A stretch of DNA of 64,000 nt from Lophium mytilinum (Eukaryota). Positions 25,963 to 37,157 of the stretch are shown here, piece after piece; the stretch's first letter is position 1; every line of letters begins with the position of its first letter. The position numbers were made by a program, and so were the translations under genes. The stretch spans positions 827,334 to 891,333 of the forward strand of contig MU004185.1 of NCBI GenBank assembly GCA_010093605.1, read 5' to 3'. Under the pieces are notes generated by a model. The model had not been told where the DNA came from. It was given only the letters and a program-made list of their open reading frames with translations, and did not search any database.

Positions 25963-26715
25963 TGTTATAAACCTAGAATATAAGCTATTCTAGAATAAGC
26001 GTTCTAGAAGTAGAACAGCCTTAAAATAGGTATTTTAGAACTATAGGTATACTAGGGCGCAGGCTATTCTAGAATAAATATTCTAGGATAAATATAGCTC
26101 TAGAATAGAGGTACTAGAACTTAAGGGGATCTAGTATAGTAGAATAGATGTAGTTCTAGCTGTACCTATATATAGAAGGGTATTAGAAGAATAGTAGAAA
26201 GGTAACTAGAAAAGGTAGTAGTTATATAATAAGGGAGCACGTAACTAATCTTACTAATCTAGCTTAGCAGGAGTAGAGTAATAAGAGTAGAGGCTAATCT
26301 TACTAATCTAGCTTAGCAGGGGCAGAGTAATAAGAGCAGAGGCTAATCTTACTAATCTAGCTTAGCAGGAGTAGAGTAGAGGGAGCAGGACTAAATTATA
26401 TAAAGGTTAAATAACTATAAGAGTCTAGAGAATTCCCTATTATTTTTTATTCTTTATACTTAACTTTATATTTATATCTAGCATATAGAACTTAATAGCA
26501 ATTAATTATAACTTAAGTATCTTAACTATCTTTATATACTTCTAATACTATTAAAGCTACCTTTCTTCTAATATTCTACTTATTTATACTTAAACCTTAT
26601 GTTACGTATTAGCCCGTAACGCAGTTAACTAGCAGGTAAGTAGAAACCTAACTATCTAGACCTTCCTTTTAAAGTCCCTTAGTATAATCTTTAGGTAAAC
26701 GGGCAGTTTATAATA
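25963..26715 (+). repeat. 5' LTR (753 bp)
   Basis: Starts TGTTATAAACC and ends ...TTTATAATA (CA end RIPed to TA); colinear with 32939-33691. Confidence 0.95.
26245..26378 (+). repeat. 49-bp tandem repeat (x2.7) within the LTR; also at 33221-33354
   Basis: Unit CTAATCTTACTAATCTAGCTTAGCAGGRG.AGAGTAATAAGAG.AGAGG starts at 26245, 26294 and 26343, just upstream of a TATATAAA. Confidence 0.9.
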
Positions 26716-26849
26716 CTTTAAGTACCTATAAGTATTAGATACCTGTATAATAAGTTAAGCTATTCTAAGAATATCTATAACTTTAGAAACTACTAGCTAG
26801 CCTACTATAGTATAGTATATAGTAGAATAGAATAGATAGCTTATAGAGC

Positions 26850-29800
26850 TATGCACTATAGTATTATAGCTTTAGGTAAGGGCCGAGCAGCAGGCCTAGG
26901 CCTAGTTAACTAAGGTACCTTTACCTAGGAAGTATAATGGCACCTAAGGGAAGCTTAATAGCTTTCTTATAGAAATGCGACTTTATCTTTACTATAACTA
27001 GGCCACGTACCCTAAAGAGCCCGATAAAGTTCTAGTAGTAGGTATATACCTAGAGGGTAATGCCCTTATATAGTTCTATCTAATAATAGAAAACTTCCTT
27101 AATAACTCTATAGATAAGTAAGATAATAATACTAAATAAGTCTTTAGAGACTATATAGCCTTTAAGAAATATATTAGGAATATATATAGAGACTTTAACG
27201 CAATCTAAACCGCTATATATAAACTCTAGTATCTTAAATAGACTAGAATAGTAGCGGAATATACAGCTAAATTTTAATAGCACTTAGTATAACTTAACTA
27301 GGATAAGAGCCCTCTAGTTAAGTAGTATTATATAGGTCTTACGGATAAGATTAAGAATAAGTTTATAAGTATTAACTAACTAACTAAACTTAGTAAGATA
27401 GTTAAACTCTATAACTAGATTAATAACCGCTATATTAAGAGAGTATTAGAAAAGAAGAGCTAGTAGAAACTAGCAGTAACTACGGGGAAGAGATAGAAGT
27501 ACCCTTAGAATAATTACTACGGGGACCTAATAGATTTAAATTATGTTAGTAAATAGGCCCTAAAGAAGAAATAGATAAAAAAGAAGAACTCTAAGCCTAA
27601 CTTTTAGAGGCTAAATAAGGACTAGCTTAAGGAATAGTATAATAATAACGCATGCCTATAGTATAGTAAGACCGGCTACTACTAATAAGACTATCTAGCG
27701 GGAGAGTTTAAAGGCAGTCCAGGAATAAGCACTAATACTAGGGTTGCTATAATCTAGGACTAACTACTAGAGAATATAGGAATTCTACTTAGCCGGGCAT
27801 AAATTAGTACCCGCATTTAATATAAGGCGTGCTAGATCTATAGAATGCTAACCTACTAAGAACCTAAATATACTATTAGATACTAGAAGATCTATATTTA
27901 GTATAAAGTAGGTAATAAAGAAGAAGAACTCTTCTTTAGGGGAATTAGGGCCTAATACACTAATACCTATATAGTAGCCCGATAAATATATAAGAAGTAT
28001 AGGGCAGGCTAGAGGCTTAAGAAAGAATAGTAGGCGCATAACTTCTAAGCCTAGAAGATAGAGTATTATAAACGCAAGACGCACTAGAACTAGTAGAAGT
28101 ATAAGAATTTACTATAGACCTTCTATAATATAGAAGAATGCAAGACCTACTCTATATAGAGGCGGGAGGTAATTATATAATAAGCTATAAAGAAACCTAT
28201 ATTATATAGATATATACACTAGATAGTATATATAGCTAATAGCTACTAGATATACTACTAGGCTAAGAAAGAAAGTAACTACTTCCCTTAAAAGATAGAG
28301 TTATAGAAGTTAAGGGCGGATACTCTAAGACCCCCTATAAGGACTAAAACTATAATACTAAAGTAGCTAACTAGTATCTCTATAGATAAAGAACTAGCTA
28401 GGGTAATAAAGAACCTTAATATAGATAAAGATTTTATTATAATTAATAATAAGGCCCTAGAAGACTAGAGCTTAGAAGAGTTAAATAACTCTAACGCCTG
28501 GAAAAATATTAGCGCTAGAAACTAGCTTAACTAAATAGAAGAGACTATAGCGGAACTAATAGACGCCACTATAGATAAGAAATCTAGTAATAAGAATAAC
28601 TATAGAAGTAATAAGCACCTAGTACTCTATTAGATAGAGTGCAAGAATAGATGCAGGCACTACTAAGGAGGAAAAAGAGTAATAGAATGGAATATTAAGG
28701 ATTAATACTACCTACTCTTATGCTTAGTAGAATACTTTAAGGGCGCCGCATGCTATATCTATAGTACGGACTTATAGCTAAGAATCCTAATAGATTTAAA
28801 AAACTAGTAGGCTACTGGACTAAGGGATTACTAGAAAATATAGTAATAATATCTCTAAGAAATATATATAGCATGCAGCCCTAGTTATACTTATATATTA
28901 ACTTTAAGATTAATAAGAAACTTAAAGGGAAAGTATTAGTAGATAGTAGAGTATTCTAGAGCTTTATATTACTAAAATGGGTAGAGGATAAAGGCCTTCC
29001 TTACTAAAAGAAATAGAAACCTAAAAAAGTCTAACTAGCGGATAACTAACTACTAGAGTATAGAGGAGAAGTAATTAACCTTAAAACCCAACCTATAATA
29101 TTATTAGTAGCTAGCTATATAGAGACGCTGCGTATAAATATTATAGATATTAAAGGGCTAGATATAATTCTAGAATAGGATTAGCTCTACTAAAACAACC
29201 TAGTAATTAACTAGAAGAAGAGAGAAATAAAACTAGCAGCCCGGGTGGCTGGGATTAGATAATTAGTTCGGCAACAACTAGAAAACTAGAAGAAAGAACT
29301 CTTTATAGAATAAATCTCTCTATATAAGATTAAGAAGATCTATAATAAATAACTAGCGGATATAGAAATTATCTAGCTATAATAAATAGCTACTATTAAA
29401 GAAGTAGTTATAGAGATACTATAAAGGGACTACTTAGAGTTTAAGGGACTCTTTAAGAAGAATATTAAGAACGCGCTACCTTAGAACTAACTATAGAACT
29501 ATATAATACTACTTAAGAAAGGGGTAAAGCTAACCCCGGAACCTATCTATTTATTATCTTAAGACTAGTATAAGGCGCTATAAGAATATATTAAGATAAA
29601 CCTAGCTAAGGGCTATATTAAGGAAAGTAAGAGCCTAATAGCTTTACTAATCCTCTTTATACCTAAGAAGAATAGGAAACTATAACTATATGTAGACTAT
29701 TAAAGACTAAATAATATAATAATTAAGAATTACTACCTATTACTACTTATCCAGGAGTTATAAGACTAATTGTAAGAAGCTAAGTAGTTTACTAAGTTTA

Positions 29801-32340
29801 ATATCTAAGAGGGATATTACTGTGTTAGAATAATGCCCGGTAAAGAGTAGAAGATAGCCTTTAGAATAAGGTTTAGACTCTATAAGTATAGAGTAATGCC
29901 TTTTAGCTTAACTAACGCCCTAGTAATATTCTAAGCGCTTATTAACTACGCGCTATAATAATATCTTAACATGTTTATAACTGCATATCTAGATAATATA
30001 TTAGTATATACTAATAGAACCTTAAAAGAATATAAGGAATATATATAAAAAGTACTTATAAAGCTATAAGAATTTAGACTTCTAGTATACCTAGATAAAA
30101 GCGAGTTTTATGTTATAATAATAGACTTCCTTAGCTTTATTATCTCCCGCGACGGAATTAAGATAGACCTAAAGAAGACTGCAGCGGTCTTAGAATAGCT
30201 AAGGCTATAAAATATAAAGAATGTCTAGTTATTTCTTAGTTTTATAAACTTTTATAGGAAGTTTATTTAGAAATATTTAAAAACTACTGCACCCCTTACA
30301 GAGATAACTAAGAAAGATAAGGGATTTTAATAGACGGTAGAAACGTAGACCGCGTTTAATAAACTTAAGAAGAAGTTTACTACCGCCCTAATTCTAATAA
30401 TGTTTAACCTAGAATTAGAAATAACGGTTAAAGTAGACGCCTTAGACTATACTATAGGCGCTTACTTAAGTTAAAAGCACCTAGATAGGAAACGCCGACT
30501 AGTAGTATTCTATTTAAGAAAGCTTACCCTGGAAGAACTTAACTACAATATTTATAATAAGGAGTTATTAGCAGTTATAGTGGCTTTTAAGTAATAGAGA
30601 CCCTACCTTAAAGGACCTAAGTACTAGGTTATAGTCTACTCTAACTATAAGAACCTTACGGCCTTTACTACTATAAAATAACTAAATAGACAATAGGTAA
30701 GATAGGTAGAGATGCTAGCCTTATTTAACTTTAAAATCTACTACTAGAAAGGGTTAGAAAATAGAGCTATAAACGCGCTTAGTTAATAATTAGACTATAT
30801 ACTTAGTACTAAACTGGTATATAAGGTAGTACTTATAAGGGTAGAAGATAGAACCCTAAGATATAATAACCTAAAGCTGGCAGCAATTCTTAGTATTAAT
30901 AATAAGTGGGAAAAACGCATTAAAGAGGCACAAGGATCCTGCGGGGAAACCTAAGAGCTAGCTAAGTAAGAGAAGGTTTAACTAGTACTATAAATAAATA
31001 AATGGGTAGAAATATAAATAGAAGCCCTATTTATATCTAAGGCACTAATAATTAAACTTACTATAGAATACTATAGCGCGCTAATATATAGATACTAAGA
31101 ATAAGAAAAAACCTTAGAGAGACTCTTAAGGAACTACTAGTTTCCCTAAATAAGGGCAATAGTAAAAGAAGTAATTAAGAACTATAAAGACTGTAGAAAA
31201 AATAGAATAGTAAGATATGCACCCTATAGATTACTTTAGAACCTAAGGGTTCCTAAATAACTATAGAATTTAGTAATAATAGACTTTATTATAAAGTTAC
31301 CCCTATTAGTAGAACTAGGGACTAATATAAGCTATAACTTAATCTTAGTGCTTATTAACTAACTTACTAAATTCTTGCACTTTATACTAGTACTAGAGAT
31401 ATATAGCGCAGCTAAGCTAGCTTATATAGTACTATAAATTCTATTAAGTAGCTACTAGCTACCTAAGGAATTTATAACTAATAGAGATAAGCTCTTTATT
31501 TTACACTTCTAGAAGACCCTTATAGTAAGGTTAGGGGTAAACTATAAGCTTTTAATAAGTTTCCACCTATAGATAGATAGATAGATAGAATAAATAAACT
31601 AGACTCTTAAATAGTACCTGCAAAACTATATTAACTACTAGTAGGATAACTAGGTAGAACTGCTATCTATAGCACAGTTTACCTATAATAGCGCTAAATT
31701 AGCTATAACTAGTAAGTCCCCATTCTATATAAACTACGGCTATAAGCTAGAGGCATATTAGAAAGCTAGGGAAGATATAATAAACGCGTAAATAGTAATA
31801 GAAAAGGCGGTGTTACTAAGAAACTTACACGCATATTTTAACTAAAGTATTTAAGCTAGAAATAAGATAACTCGGGCATATATAGATAAGAAGCGGTTAA
31901 ATAAACTAACCTTTAAAAAGGGGGATAAGGTTTACCTATACTAAAAAAATCTTAAGACTAGAAGACCTAGCAAAAAACTTAATTACGTTTAAATAGGACT
32001 ATTTAAAATTAATAAAGTTATTAGTTCTATAAACTATAAACTAAAACTACTAAAGAATATAAGAATCTACCTAGTATTCTATATGTTACTACTTAAACTA
32101 GTACTAGTAGACGCTAAACTCTAAACTACTATACAACTTAAGGAGAAGAATAAATATAAGGTTAAAGAAATCTTAGAACTATAGAAGATTAATAATTAGT
32201 AGAAGTACTTAGTTAAGTAGAAAGAATAGAAAATAAACTAGAACACCTAAGAACCTATTAAGAATCTAAGGAACTACTAATAATTAGTAAACTAGTTTTA
32301 CTAAAGGGATCTAGCAGCGCTAGATTCTAGGTAGAAGGAG
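26850..32340 (+). pseudogene. gag-pol relic: Gag, CCHC knuckle, aspartic protease, RT, RNase H, integrase, chromodomain
   Basis: De-RIPed motifs: CLQCGKTGHYQRDC (~27653-27695), LVDSGA (~28936), YLDDIL (29986), DASDYAIGA (~30436), HHCC (~31070-31194), MDFI (~31279), IGPFK (~31993), YEVEEIL...YLVKWKG...TWEP (~32155-32256). Ends approximate. Confidence 0.92.
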
Positions 32341-32389
32341 ACTCTAGGGCAGCCTAGTTAATATTCGCCAGCGGATTAGAGAAACTAGG

Positions 32390-32818
32390 TAATAGCTGCC
32401 CGGAGAATTAAGTAGTAGCTAGCTTCTCCGCCTTCTCTAAATTCTTTAACTTCTTAATAGAAGCCAGCTCCCGCTTATATAACTCCTAGTGCTAAGTATT
32501 TACTAGGGTAAGCTGCTTCTAAAGCCGGCGCTAGCGCGTGCAAGCTTCTAACTCTGCATCTTCCGCAGCCTCTAATTAGGCCCTTAGCTTCTTGCAATTC
32601 TTTTTATTTTACTAGAATTAGGCCTTAGAAACTACTAGGTTGTATAATAATAGGTTACAACTTAAATACTCTAAATAGTAGCTAGAATAAATATTAACTA
32701 GGTAGTAGCGCTAGTTATAATAATAGTTTCTATAGGGCGTTAGTATTTTATAATTATAATTATATATTATATAGGCTAAACGTTTATAATAAGTAGTTAA
32801 GGTTTTAACCTTAGGCAT
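32390..32818 (-). pseudogene. Antisense accessory ORF of the retrotransposon (Cys-rich Zn-binding motif plus coiled coil), RIP-degenerated
   Basis: ATG at 32818; one frame with only TAG/TAA stops that revert to sense codons (CAG/CAA/CGG); de-RIPed PCxNCxxNQRxCLVDIxSGxCSECLSxNLSSCNLVVSEA...RRLRKQL...ERELASIEELE. Confidence 0.7.
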
Positions 32819-32938
32819 GGTAAAAGAAAGAAAGAATAGAGGATACTACCTTAAAGGTGCAGGGATATTACTAGCCTTATATAGGACTAAGATAGTATAG
32901 ATTAACTTTTAGGCTAAAAGTTTTATAGGGGGAGTAAG

Positions 32939-33691
32939 TATTATAAACCTAGAATATAAGCTATTCTAGAATAAGCGTTCTAGAAGCAGGATAGCTCTAG
33001 AATAGATATTCTAGAACTATAGGTATACTAGAGCGCAGGCTATTCTAGAATAAATATTCTAGGATAAATACAGCTCTAGAATAGAGATACTAGAACCTAA
33101 GGGGACCTAGTATAGTAGAATAGATATAGTTCTAGCTATACCTATATATAGAAGGGTATTAGAAGAATAGTAGAAAGATAACTAGAAAAGGTAGTAGTTA
33201 TATAATAAGGGAGCATGTAACTAATCTTACTAATCTAGCTTAATAGAAGTAGAGTAATAAGAGTAGAGGCTAATCTTACTAATCTAGCTTAGCAGGGGCA
33301 GAGTAATAAGAGTAGAGGCTAATCTTACTAATCTAGCTTAGTAGAAGTAGAGTAGAGAAAGCAGGACTAAATTATATAAAGGTTAAATAACTATAAGAGT
33401 CTAGAGAATTCTCTATTATCTTTTATTCTTTATACTTAACTTTATATTTATATCTAGTATATAGAACTTAACAGTAATTAATTATAACTTAAGTATCTTA
33501 ACTATCTTTACACACTTCTAATACTATTAAAGCCACCTCCCTTCTAATATTCTACTTATTTATACTTAAACCTTGTGTTATATATTAGCCTATAACGCAG
33601 TTAACTAGCAGGTAAGTAGAAACCTAACTATCTAGACCTTCCTTCTAAAGTCCCTTAGTGTAATCTTTAGGTAAACGGGTAGTTTATAATA
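32939..33691 (+). repeat. 3' LTR (753 bp)
   Basis: Starts TATTATAAACC (TG RIPed to TA) immediately after the PPT; followed by TSD GCGCG. Confidence 0.95.
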
Positions 33692-34511
33692 GCGCGCTAA
33701 TATAGTAATACTTATTAGTAAGCTTTTAAACCTCTATAGTATTATTAACTTACTAAGTTATATAGAGACGCTATAGGTATAGTATAGTAGTACTATATTA
33801 TAGGTTAATTTAAGTTTTATTACTTATAAGAATCTTAATTCTCTATTCTTTCTCTATAGTAACCTTATAGTAGATCTTCTTAATCTTCTAGAAGATACTA
33901 TAGGCCTTACTAATTTAAGAAATACTAGAGGACTCTATAGTAATAATAATAGAGAGAATAGAAAGTATAAAGCTTAATAGTAAGGCTATAGAATAATAGT
34001 AAGGCTATATAAGAGGCTATATAAGCTAGAAAGAATAAATTAAGGCCTTTAAAAAGGTATAAGAAGGGCCTCTATATAGTAAGTTCTTATAGCTTTATAG
34101 TATTAAAATCTATTAATTTTTTATTACTTTTTTATTACTAATATAGCATAGAAAGATAGGTAGATAATTTCTTAGTATAGCTACTATAAAATATAGTCTA
34201 GAGCTCTTCTAACTAAATAAGGCCTATAAAGCCGTTAAATCTACTTCTCTATAGCTTTTTATAGCGTAGTAGCTTATCTATATTCTTAATAACTTAACCT
34301 ATATATTTATTACCTATTTAGGTAGTTTAGGCGCTTATTAAGCGCCTCTAGAAGGGCCTTAGAGGCGCCTATTTATTAGAAATATATAGCTAGGAGCCTA
34401 CTATATTTAAGGCTGTATTAATAGGCTAGTAGTTTATAAAAATACTAGTAATATAACTAGTAGTATAATAAGCTATATATTATATATAGGCCTATATATA
34501 AGAGTAAGGCC

Positions 34512-34718
34512 TTAATACTATACTAAGGCCTATATATAGTTATATAATACTAGAAAATACCTTATAGATAGTAGAGGACGGGGGGTGTACTTAATTAAGC
34601 CTAGAAGCTAGCTTCTAGGCCTGTATTGGCATGGCCTCAGTCCTTTATTATCTACATGGCGTTTTCTGGCATTATAATACAAAATGCGCTAAGCTACTGG
34701 CATTCTATTCTATTGCCC
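34512..34718 (-). repeat. MULE right TIR (~207 bp)
   Basis: Ends ...CATTCTATTCTATTGCCC, followed by TSD TTCCCTCTC. Confidence 0.95.
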
Positions 34719-35747
34719 TTCCCTCTCGGCCCCCAGCAGCCAGCCGCTCCTCGATCTGATGACTGAAAGCTTCCGCTTTGAGTCTCGCCGAGCGCCGTGG
34801 ATCTGGGGAACGCTACTTAGCGTCAGGGGTTCAAAACTGCTCGCGAGCACGTGCAACGTCTTCAACGCCGATGACAGCAGGTAACAGCGGGTGATACTCG
34901 AGCACCGCGATGCACAGGAAACACAACGTTCCATGTAGAAGGTATATTTTGCCTTGTAGGCAATGCTGCGCCTCGGTCATGGTGTCTGCCTTGCCGCTGA
35001 AATGCACGTCAGACATCTGCTCGTGTCCGTTTCGCGAACGTCTAATCTCCGCTTCCGAGCGAGCCTTTAAAGATACACGACTCCGGAATGGTCAAACAAA
35101 CACCAGGCTGCAGCAGAGACCATGTGCATTTCTTTTTGCCTTATGGAAGACTGGAAGATGCCGCTGTAGGCTGCAGCGTGACGCGTGGTTTATGAAGTGA
35201 AGGTGTTGAGCAAGTTTGGATGCGTGTAGGAGGCATGTATACATATAGATGGCCTGCAGACTCGCTGTACCACCTCAAACACGTCATCGAAGGGCATACG
35301 AGAAGGCCCAATAGTAGAGAAAAGACGCGCATGTGATCACAACGTCAAAGGATATGTAGGTTAAGTCTGCAAGTTGCAATAGGGAACTACTTGAGATCTA
35401 AGTAGGTAGAAGGACTTTTGAGATTCTACAATGCTCTCCCATGTGTCACTTCCCGACACTGTTCCGTATGGGATGCGCAGATGATGCTATGCGCTGCATT
35501 GCATATTGCTTCCGCGGGACCCAAGGAAAGAAAAGAAGTAAGAAACGCCTTGTCGTCCCGTAACCCAAGTATACCTATCCTCGAGATGCAAGATCAGACA
35601 CCACGCCATGCCAACCAGCCCTATGAGTCCGGTCCAAAGGCAATCACTTGGGTAGTCAGAAAGAAAGTAAGAGGTAGCCCTATTAAGAGTCGTTGAAACC
35701 GTGCAGTTCATCATAGTTTTGTGCTTCGTGTAGGGCCATCATGCTGG

Positions 35748-36334
35748 CTAGGCCTCATCTCCGTACTGGTCATCTGGAAGCTCGTCAGTCAAGCTGAAAG
35801 CAGATGAGCAGCTCGAGAATAGCAAGAAGAATCACGTACCATCGCTATTACCGTAGCCATTATTGACCGAGTCGAAGAATTCCTGGGGCTCGGAAGGTTC
35901 TGGGCTATCCGGTTCCGCCTTGACTTGAGTCTTCTTTGCCTTGGCCTTCTTCGCAGGGGTCGACTTCATAGATGGCTGTGAGGACATCTCATCCTGGTCT
36001 AAATCATCTCAAGTCAGCTCTGAGATACACAAGATAAAATTGCCGGGGACATACTGCGCTTCTTGGGCGTTGCGGGACCGCGATTCTTGGCCGGTGCGAC
36101 AGGCGCGAACTTCTCGCCATCATCAACGCGGGCCTTCAGTTCCTTAGCCTTCTTCAACACTTCGCGAAGCTGATGCTGGAAGGAATCCGCGGTGCGAGTT
36201 CCATCTAAGGAGCTCATCATCTCGTACTGAGTGCGCGAGATGCTGACCACATTCGCTGCCATAAGGAGAACAGCGACAGTGTCGAGGGTGTATGTCTTCT
36301 GGCCCTTGGCGCCGGAGTCATCAGCTTTAGCCAT
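35748..36334 (-). CDS. Hypothetical basic protein (3 exons)
   Basis: caATGg start; YEMMSSLDGTRTADSFQHQLREVLKKAKELK, TPKKR|intron, TPAKKAKAKKTQVKAEPDSP, intron, DDQYGDEA*. Last junction inferred. Confidence 0.7.
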
Positions 36335-37157
36335 TGTTGCTGAGGTTTGAGAGATGTATGTAGCGTGTAGCGTCCGAAAGCTTTGGGGAGCAAGGAGAGT
36401 TGGAGGATGTTGGAGTGAGGAAGGAAGTCTGCGGAAGAGTCAAGGTTAAGTAGTCGAGCGCAAGTGAAGAGTCGGACCAGGCAAACACGAGCAGAGATGT
36501 GAAGGTGTCGGGTGGGCTAAGTGGGGCGAAGGTCTGGTGAAAATGTGACAGGTATCAAAAGGGTGAAGGTGGGACAAGCGACAGGTAGTGAAACTCTGGA
36601 AAATATAGAGTAGCAAAACTAGCAGAAGAAAGTTACCACTTGGAAGGAAGACTGCTTTCCCTCTAATGTGGTATGGTTTAGATAGATTGAATAGCTGACC
36701 GCTACTAGCGTTAGAAGGTGTCGGAGTGGAGATCAATGGTCGAAGTACAGGTAGAGATAAGCCAGCCACCGATGTTGCAGATCAATAGCTAACGTCCTGT
36801 CCTTCATATATAGGCCAACCTCACGAGCAAATTGGCGTTGAAGGAGGTCTTATCTGGTAGGGCTATCTGAGTATAAAGATGATGAGACCTATAAGCTTGT
36901 CCCCTTGTTAAATCTAATTTTGGAGAGAGGTCCTCTAGAGATTGAAAACATTCAGTTACGTAGCATTCTAGATGTTTATAGGCAGTAATTCCTTTCGTCT
37001 GTTGTGTTAATTTATAGCAGATACTAGTCTAATGCACCTAGTAGAGCTGTGTGACAGCATTAAGAGTGTTCCTTGGCCTTGACGGTCCCGACAGGACTCG
37101 CTCTAGCTAAGCTGCGGTCGACTTGACCGAAACTGATTTTCAGACTTGCCTACTAAC

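Larger units (their letters stand above)
25963..33691 (+). mobile_element. Complete Ty3/gypsy chromovirus LTR retrotransposon (7729 bp), RIP-inactivated
   Basis: Two 753-bp LTRs; 5-bp TSD GCGCG at 25958-25962 and 33692-33696; polypurine tract AGGGGGAGTAAG at 32927-32938; gag-PR-RT-RH-IN-chromodomain order. Confidence 0.96.
23615..34718 (-). mobile_element. Full-length Mutator-like (MULE) DNA transposon, RIP-inactivated, with nested LTR retrotransposon
   Basis: Inverted repeats starting GGGCAA(C/T)AGAATAGAATGCC at both ends; 9-bp direct repeat TTCCCTCTC at 23606-23614 and 34719-34727; ~3.37 kb once the nested element is removed. Confidence 0.95.

Noticed and set aside
26245..26378. Regularly spaced repeats resembling a CRISPR array
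   Set aside because: Head-to-tail tandem units without unique spacers, inside a fungal LTR; no cas genes.
27080..28084. Two short minus-strand ORFs in the AT-rich island
   Set aside because: Chance stop-free stretches antisense to RIPed gag; Ile/Tyr/Leu-rich, no independent motif.
23615..34718. AT-rich block as a centromere or Starship-type cargo element
   Set aside because: Fully accounted for by two nested TEs; no tyrosine-recombinase captain or cargo genes.
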